Source: an uncultured Fidelibacterota bacterium (GTDB taxonomy: Bacteria > Fidelibacterota > Marinisomatia > Marinisomatales > Marinisomataceae). From it: DNA of 64,000 bases. This document shows, in pieces, positions 59,093 through 64,000 of the stretch (the first letter of the stretch is position 1; every line of letters begins with the position of its first letter). The stretch is from assembly GCA_902538565.1 (NCBI GenBank), contig CACBFQ010000001.1, forward strand, positions 424,033 through 488,032, written 5' to 3'. The notes below the pieces were generated by a model. The model was given only the letters and a program-made list of their open reading frames with translations. It was not told the origin of the DNA and searched no databases. The position numbers were made by a program, and so were the translations under genes.

Positions 59093-60164
59093 ACGGGTTT
59101 TCGTTGGTTTTTAACTTCTCAATTAATTTGTTATACTTTTTAACAACAATATCACGATTTTCATTTTTTAACAAACTATCAACCCCCCCTGCAAGGTTTT
59201 TTGCAGACATTTTATTTTGGAGGTATTCATCTACGACCTTGTCTTCAGCAATTAAGTTTGTTAGAGAAAGATATTTTACTTTAGATAGCATTTGAGCCAA
59301 AATCCATGTTGGAAATGATAGTTTATAACAAACTATCATAGGACATTTTAACATTGCTGTTTCTAAAGTAGCAGTGCCCGAGCAAACAACAGCAGCATCT
59401 GCTACACCAATTGCTTCATATTGGTTTTGTCTAATTTTAATAACGTCTGCACCTGAGTTTATCTTAACATTATCTCCTTCAAGCAAAACAAAACTTAAAT
59501 TTTGATGTTGTTTTTGAAGTATTTGGACTGTTTTTTCAAAAATTCTCCAATGTCTTCGGATTTCAATTGATCTGCTTCCAGGCATTAGCACAATGATTTT
59601 GTTTTCTTCTGGAATGCCATGTTTTTGGCAAAATGATCTCCTATTAAAAGTTAGATTGCTTAACTCCGAAAGAGGGTGTCCTGCATAGTGTACAGATATA
59701 TTTTTTTCGGAAAACCATTTTTGCTCAAAAGGGATAATACTAATTAATTTTTTACAGCATTGCTGCAATGTTTTGATTCGTGATTCTTTCCATGCCCACA
59801 CCTGAGGTAAAATGAAATACGTTATATCCATGTTTAGGGTGTTAAGTTTTTTTGCTAGTCTTAAGTTAAACCCTGGATAATCAATTAGAATTACTTTATT
59901 GGGGTTTATTTTTTTTATTTCATTAATTGTATTATTAAATATTTTTTTAATTCTCGAATAATGCTTTACTACCTCAAAAATACCAATGACATTTAAATTT
60001 TTAATGTGCTCTGTAAGCTGCAACCCCTCTCTTTGCATTCTGTTGCCACCAATTCCAAAAAATTCGGCTTTTGGATTAATTTGCTTTATAGATGCTATGA
60101 GTTTAGCGCCGTGAAGATCGCCAGAGTCTTCACCAGAAATAATAAAAATTTTTTCTTTACTCAT
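59061..60164 (-). CDS. lpxB: Lipid-A-disaccharide synthase
   Basis: 367 aa. KIFIISGEDSGDLHGAKL N-terminus, LIDYPGFNLRLAK, SGTATLE. Confidence 0.9.
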   Translation of the reverse strand: MSKEKIFIISGEDSGDLHGAKLIASIKQINPKAEFFGIGGNRMQREGLQLTEHIKNLNVIGIFEVVKHYSRIKKIFNNTINEIKKINPNKVILIDYPGFNLRLAKKLNTLNMDITYFILPQVWAWKESRIKTLQQCCKKLISIIPFEQKWFSEKNISVHYAGHPLSELSNLTFNRRSFCQKHGIPEENKIIVLMPGSRSIEIRRHWRIFEKTVQILQKQHQNLSFVLLEGDNVKINSGADVIKIRQNQYEAIGVADAAVVCSGTATLETAMLKCPMIVCYKLSFPTWILAQMLSKVKYLSLTNLIAEDKVVDEYLQNKMSAKNLAGGVDSLLKNENRDIVVKKYNKLIEKLKTNENPYASAARYIYD

Positions 60165-61140
60165 TTAAAAATATTTTACTTTCTATCTGAAGTGCTATTT
60201 CTAATGCTTTTGCTCCAGCCTGCCCATCAACATTTGGTTTAGACCTGGTGTTTATGCAATGAATAAAGTCATTGATTTCTTCAAGTAAAGCATCCTTATT
60301 TTCTGGTACAAATTTTTCATAATGAAGTGTTTTTACACCAGAGTTGGTCTCAACTTCTTGTGACCTTAACTTTTCAGAAAACATATTATGGCGCTCTAGG
60401 CCATATAATTCAATTTGAGGAATCATTAGGTCTGTAATGCTGTAAAAATTTTTTTGATAAGTTCGTATTTTTCTAACATAATTTTGAGAGATTCTACTCG
60501 ATTTTAAGTTCGCAACAACACCATTTTCAAATTTTATATGCGCGTGAGCCAAATCGATAGTGTCGCTCATCATTTTTGCTCCGCTTGCTTGAACATTTTC
60601 TAGTGGGCTATCAACCATCTCTAAAATTAAGTCTATATCATGCACCATAAGATCTAGCACAACCGGTACCTCAGTTCCTCTTGCTTGAAATGGCGCAAGT
60701 CTTTCAATTTCAATATAGTGTGGATTGTCAACCAACTCTTTGAGCCTATTAATTGTGGGGTTAAATCTTTCAATATGACCAACCTGAATAATACACCCAT
60801 TTTTTTTAGCAAGGTTAATTAAAGACGAGGCCTCTTCAACTGTGTTCGTTATAGGTTTTTCAATAAATACATCTTTTTTATGATCCAAAAATTTTTTGGC
60901 AATGTCAAAATGTGTATTTGTGGGTGTAACTATGTGTACTGCATCACAGGAAGAAATTGTTTCTTCGATGCTTTGCAACGCATTTACAGAAAATTCACTA
61001 CATATATTTTTTAGAGATTCAGTGTTGATGTCAAAGACACCAACAAATTCGACACCACTATGATTTGATAGGTGTTTTATGTGATGTTTACCAAGATGGC
61101 CTGCGCCAACAACACCAATTTTAGGTTTTTTATCGCTCAT
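60157..61140 (-). CDS. Gfo/Idh/MocA-family NAD-dependent oxidoreductase (possible GnnA-like UDP-GlcNAc 3-dehydrogenase)
   Basis: 327 aa. IGVVGAGHLGKHH Rossmann N-terminus and EKP motif (VFIEKP). It overlaps lpxB by 8 nt and ychF by 4 nt. The GnnA assignment comes from context only. Confidence 0.75.
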   Translation of the reverse strand: MSDKKPKIGVVGAGHLGKHHIKHLSNHSGVEFVGVFDINTESLKNICSEFSVNALQSIEETISSCDAVHIVTPTNTHFDIAKKFLDHKKDVFIEKPITNTVEEASSLINLAKKNGCIIQVGHIERFNPTINRLKELVDNPHYIEIERLAPFQARGTEVPVVLDLMVHDIDLILEMVDSPLENVQASGAKMMSDTIDLAHAHIKFENGVVANLKSSRISQNYVRKIRTYQKNFYSITDLMIPQIELYGLERHNMFSEKLRSQEVETNSGVKTLHYEKFVPENKDALLEEINDFIHCINTRSKPNVDGQAGAKALEIALQIESKIFLNE

Positions 61141-62228
61141 TGTCCTTTAATGAAGTATGCAATATCTCCTTCTTGCATAATATAGTCTCTTCCAACCATT
61201 TTCACCAAGCCCATTGTCTTCAATTCGTTAATTTTTTCCTTATTGTTCATTGCATCGTCGAATGTATAAATTTCTGCTTTAATGAATTTGGTTGCGAAAT
61301 CTGTATGAATTTCTCCAGCAGCTTCAACAGCTTGAGAACCCTTTTTCATTGTCCACGCACGTACTTCTTTTTCACCGCAAGTGAAAAAAGTCTCGAGTCC
61401 TAAAGTGCTATAAGCTTCTTTTATAAGTGCATCAAGCCCACTTTTTTTAATTCCATAGTCTTCAAGAATTAGTTTTTTTTCTTCTTCATTAAAATCAGCC
61501 ATTTCCGATTCTAGTTTTCCATTAATTTTAATTAATGAAGATTTATTTTTGTTTGCAACCTCTACAGCACTTTGAAACAAGACAGAATCTTCTGCATTAT
61601 CATCAATATTGGCAACATATATCATGGGCTTATCTGTTAAAAGAAAAAGGTTTTTTATTACAGGATCTTCTTTTGAGTTTCTTTCAAAAGAGCGAGCGGC
61701 AAGACCATTGTTCATATGATTTAAAAGGTTTGTTAAAACCTCTTCTGCTAACCTTCCTTCTGGTTTGTTAGCCTTAATAAGTTTAACATTTTTTTCAAGA
61801 CTTCTTTCAATAGTTTTAATATCTGCTAGTATGAGCTCAGTGTTGATAATTTCCATATCATCTAAAGGGTCGACTCTGCTTTCCACATGCGTAATATTGT
61901 CATCATTAAAAAAACGAACAACCTGAATGATTACATTAACAGATCTAATTTGGGATAGAAATTGATTGCCTAAACCTTCACCCTGGTGTGCGTTTTTAAC
62001 TAAACCAGCAATATCAATAAATTCAACAGTGTTGTAAATTGTTTTTTCAGGGTTGAATATTTTTGTAAGCTTTTCAAGCCTTTCATCAGGAACTTCCACA
62101 ATACCAGTATTCGGTTCAATGGTACAAAACGGATAATTTTCGGCAGCAATATTATTTTTGCTTAATGCGTTAAATAGGGTTGATTTACCCACATTTGGCA
62201 GTCCTACAAATCCACAGTTCAAATTCAT
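61137..62228 (-). CDS. ychF: Ribosome-binding ATPase YchF
   Basis: 363 aa. G1 motif GLPNVGKSTLFNAL, FCTIEPN, DIAGLV, and a C-terminal TGS-like domain. Confidence 0.95.
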   Translation of the reverse strand: MNLNCGFVGLPNVGKSTLFNALSKNNIAAENYPFCTIEPNTGIVEVPDERLEKLTKIFNPEKTIYNTVEFIDIAGLVKNAHQGEGLGNQFLSQIRSVNVIIQVVRFFNDDNITHVESRVDPLDDMEIINTELILADIKTIERSLEKNVKLIKANKPEGRLAEEVLTNLLNHMNNGLAARSFERNSKEDPVIKNLFLLTDKPMIYVANIDDNAEDSVLFQSAVEVANKNKSSLIKINGKLESEMADFNEEEKKLILEDYGIKKSGLDALIKEAYSTLGLETFFTCGEKEVRAWTMKKGSQAVEAAGEIHTDFATKFIKAEIYTFDDAMNNKEKINELKTMGLVKMVGRDYIMQEGDIAYFIKGQ

Positions 62229-62278
62229 TGTGAGAATATAATACTTAATTGGATGAGTATTTATTAAATTGAAATCTT

Positions 62279-63058
62279 ATGGAAAATAAATGGGCTATTA
62301 TATTAGGATGTTCAACAGGACATGGAGCAGCAATCGCTAAACAGTTAGCGACAGAAGGGTATGGTATCATTGGTTTTCATTTAGATAGAGGGTCTATTAA
62401 AAAAGACGCCGCCCGCCTACAAGAAGAAATAGCCTCTTTGAACAGTAACAGAGTAAAGTTTTGGAATGAAAATGCCGCTGATAAAGAAGTTATGTTTTCG
62501 AAAATGGAAGAAATCAAAACCATCCTTGATAACGGAAAAGTAAAGCTACTTATGCATTCCATTGCATTTGGAAGTACAACTAATTTCTTTAATCCAACCC
62601 CAGTAAGACAAAGGCAAATGGACATGACCCAACATGTCATGGCTCATTGTTTAATATATTGGACACAAGCTTTATTGGAAAATAATCTTCTAACATCAGG
62701 TTCAAGAATCCTAGGCTTAACCAGTGAAGGAAGCTATAAAGCAATGGAGGGGTACGGCCCCGTAGGGGTTGCGAAAGCTTCTTTGGAGGCTATAGTTCGA
62801 CAAATTGGATGGGAGCTTGGAAGCCAAGGAATTACGGCAAACACTATTCAAGCTGGCATTACACCAACCAGAGCATTAACAAAGATATCAACAGATTGGG
62901 AAGATTGGGTTGAAAGAACGAAAGAAAGAAACCCGATGAAAAGAGTTACTACGCCTGAAGACGTAGCAGGATTAGTTTCATTATTATTAAATGATAAAGC
63001 AGACTTTGTGAATTGTTCTACTATTTTTTGTGATGGTGGAGAGCACCGTTCCCTTTAG
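62279..63058 (+). CDS. Short-chain dehydrogenase, FabL/FabI-like enoyl-ACP reductase candidate
   Basis: 259 aa. Its layout parallels B. subtilis FabL. The Tyr-x6-Lys spacing (EGYGPVGVAKAS) is characteristic of enoyl-ACP reductases rather than classical YxxxK SDRs. Confidence 0.55.
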   Translation: MENKWAIILGCSTGHGAAIAKQLATEGYGIIGFHLDRGSIKKDAARLQEEIASLNSNRVKFWNENAADKEVMFSKMEEIKTILDNGKVKLLMHSIAFGSTTNFFNPTPVRQRQMDMTQHVMAHCLIYWTQALLENNLLTSGSRILGLTSEGSYKAMEGYGPVGVAKASLEAIVRQIGWELGSQGITANTIQAGITPTRALTKISTDWEDWVERTKERNPMKRVTTPEDVAGLVSLLLNDKADFVNCSTIFCDGGEHRSL

Positions 63059-63200
63059 TTTTTTTTAAAGATTTCGGAAAAAATAAGACCAAAACCTTTT
63101 TTTAATAGCGCTATGCCGTTGGCTATTAACTGCATACCATTCGTAGCTTTTGTTGCTTTCCTGATTTTAATATCACGTTGAATTTTTTTAATATTTTTTA

Positions 63201-63746
63201 TCATGATATTCCACTTGTCCCAACAAATCCATAATTATCTAGACCAAACATATGAATTAGTTCGTTCCATAGATCTTTGGGGGAAGATTTAAAAATAGAG
63301 TCACTATATTCTTGGATTAACCAATCTCCCCTTTCAATTTCTTCTTGTAGCTGGTTTTTCTCCCAAGCAGCGTGACCAAAAATAAGCTTTGTATTCTTTG
63401 GCGTTTCCTCATTAAACAATATTTCTTGTATAAGATCCAAGTCTGTGGATAATTCAATTTTTTCAGCAAAATCGTCAGATCTACCAGTATTTTTTTGAAC
63501 AATACAGGCTTCGTTCAATCCGACAGGTCCTCCGAAAAAAATTTTTTCGGACTCATTTATAATGTCTTCAAATATTTTATTTTTAAACCCAGAGCTAACA
63601 ATCTTCATTTGGCTAATTGGCTTATTAACTATAATACCCATTGTACCATTTGTGTCATCTTCACAAATAAAAATCACACTTTTTGCGAAGTAAGGATCAA
63701 CCATATTTGGCATTGAAATCAACAGCTTATTTTTTAGACTTTTCAT
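63201..63746 (-). CDS. yqgE: YqgE/AlgH-family (UPF0301) protein
   Basis: 181 aa. LLISMPNMVDPYFAKSVIFICEDDTNGTMGIIVNKP is the family's typical N-terminal block. Confidence 0.85.
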   Translation of the reverse strand: MKSLKNKLLISMPNMVDPYFAKSVIFICEDDTNGTMGIIVNKPISQMKIVSSGFKNKIFEDIINESEKIFFGGPVGLNEACIVQKNTGRSDDFAEKIELSTDLDLIQEILFNEETPKNTKLIFGHAAWEKNQLQEEIERGDWLIQEYSDSIFKSSPKDLWNELIHMFGLDNYGFVGTSGIS

Positions 63747-63827
63747 TTTTTATTTTATAAAACATAAATCCTTTTTTGAATCATATCCAGAGTTAAGTAA
63801 GTTATAAGTCAAATTTTTACTATAAAT

Positions 63828-64000
63828 ATGAAAAATAAGTTAAAAATACGCGGTGCTAGACAGCACAACTTAAAAGACATTGCTGTTGATATTGAAAAAA
63901 ATAAATTAGTAGTTATCACAGGACCATCTGGATCTGGTAAGTCATCACTAGCTTTCGATACAATTTATGCCGAAGGGCAAAGAAGATACGTCGAATCTCT
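63828..64000 (+). CDS. uvrA: Excinuclease ABC subunit UvrA (N-terminal 57 aa, continues beyond window)
   Basis: My translation is [58 protein letters not shown], the canonical UvrA N-terminus with Walker A. Confidence 0.9.
   Translation, partial: MKNKLKIRGARQHNLKDIAVDIEKNKLVVITGPSGSGKSSLAFDTIYAEGQRRYVES

Noticed and set aside
63444-63452. Consensus DnaA box (TGTGGATAA) inside yqgE
   Set aside because: It is a single isolated 9-mer within coding sequence, with no neighbouring boxes or AT-rich element. This is compatible with chance.

Overview
This 64 kb window is a very compact, AT-rich stretch of core bacterial chromosome next to the replication origin. By my tally only about 1.4 kb is non-coding. 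GC looks like the mid-30s percent by eye and was not computed. I support 58 protein-coding genes. Two are cut by the window edges, and two were missing from the ORF track: rpmH (46 aa) and a 5' edge gene with no stop codon inside the window.

Gene content in order:
- A TonB-dependent receptor with a large secreted partner of unknown function.
- A PAF-acetylhydrolase-like lipoprotein.
- A 13.8 kb operon: purA-purL-purM-purQ(SS)-purC-purE-purB-purF-purD-purN-psiE-like-purH.
- qor-like, then plsC-ssb-dnaA on the minus strand.
- rpmH-yidC-mnmE-mnmG-surA-like, then dnaN-gyrB-gyrA-yggS.
- An ICMT-like methyltransferase, an M16 peptidase, folA-thyA, and a DhlA-type haloalkane dehalogenase homologue.
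- EamA, mltB-like, ALDH, Smr, and ppdK with a saccharopine-dehydrogenase-like gene.
- A MORN lipoprotein and sdhCAB with a FAH-family gene.
- tonB-exbD-exbD-exbB.
- ychF, a Gfo/Idh/MocA gene, lpxB, DUF374 and lpxK.
- A FabL-like reductase, yqgE and the start of uvrA.

SusC-style receptor architecture, a b558-type sdhC and the exbB-exbD-exbD-tonB order suggest an FCB-group-like streamlined marine lineage. Clear Shine-Dalgarno use argues against Bacteroidota proper. This placement is inference only.

I see no CRISPR array, mobile element, rRNA, tRNA, or recognisable defence or accessory island. I cannot honestly point to a wholly novel system. The observations most worth a second look are:
- Two near-consensus parS palindromes that exactly bracket mnmG.
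- A DnaA-box and AT-rich oriC candidate upstream of dnaN, 6.7 kb away from an inverted dnaA.
- A PurQ-PurS-PurS fusion.
- A PAICS-like class II PurE with no purK.
- A FAH-family gene translationally coupled to sdhB.
- A GnnA-like oxidoreductase and DUF374 inside the lipid A operon.
- Every coding-to-coding convergent junction overlapping at its stop codons.
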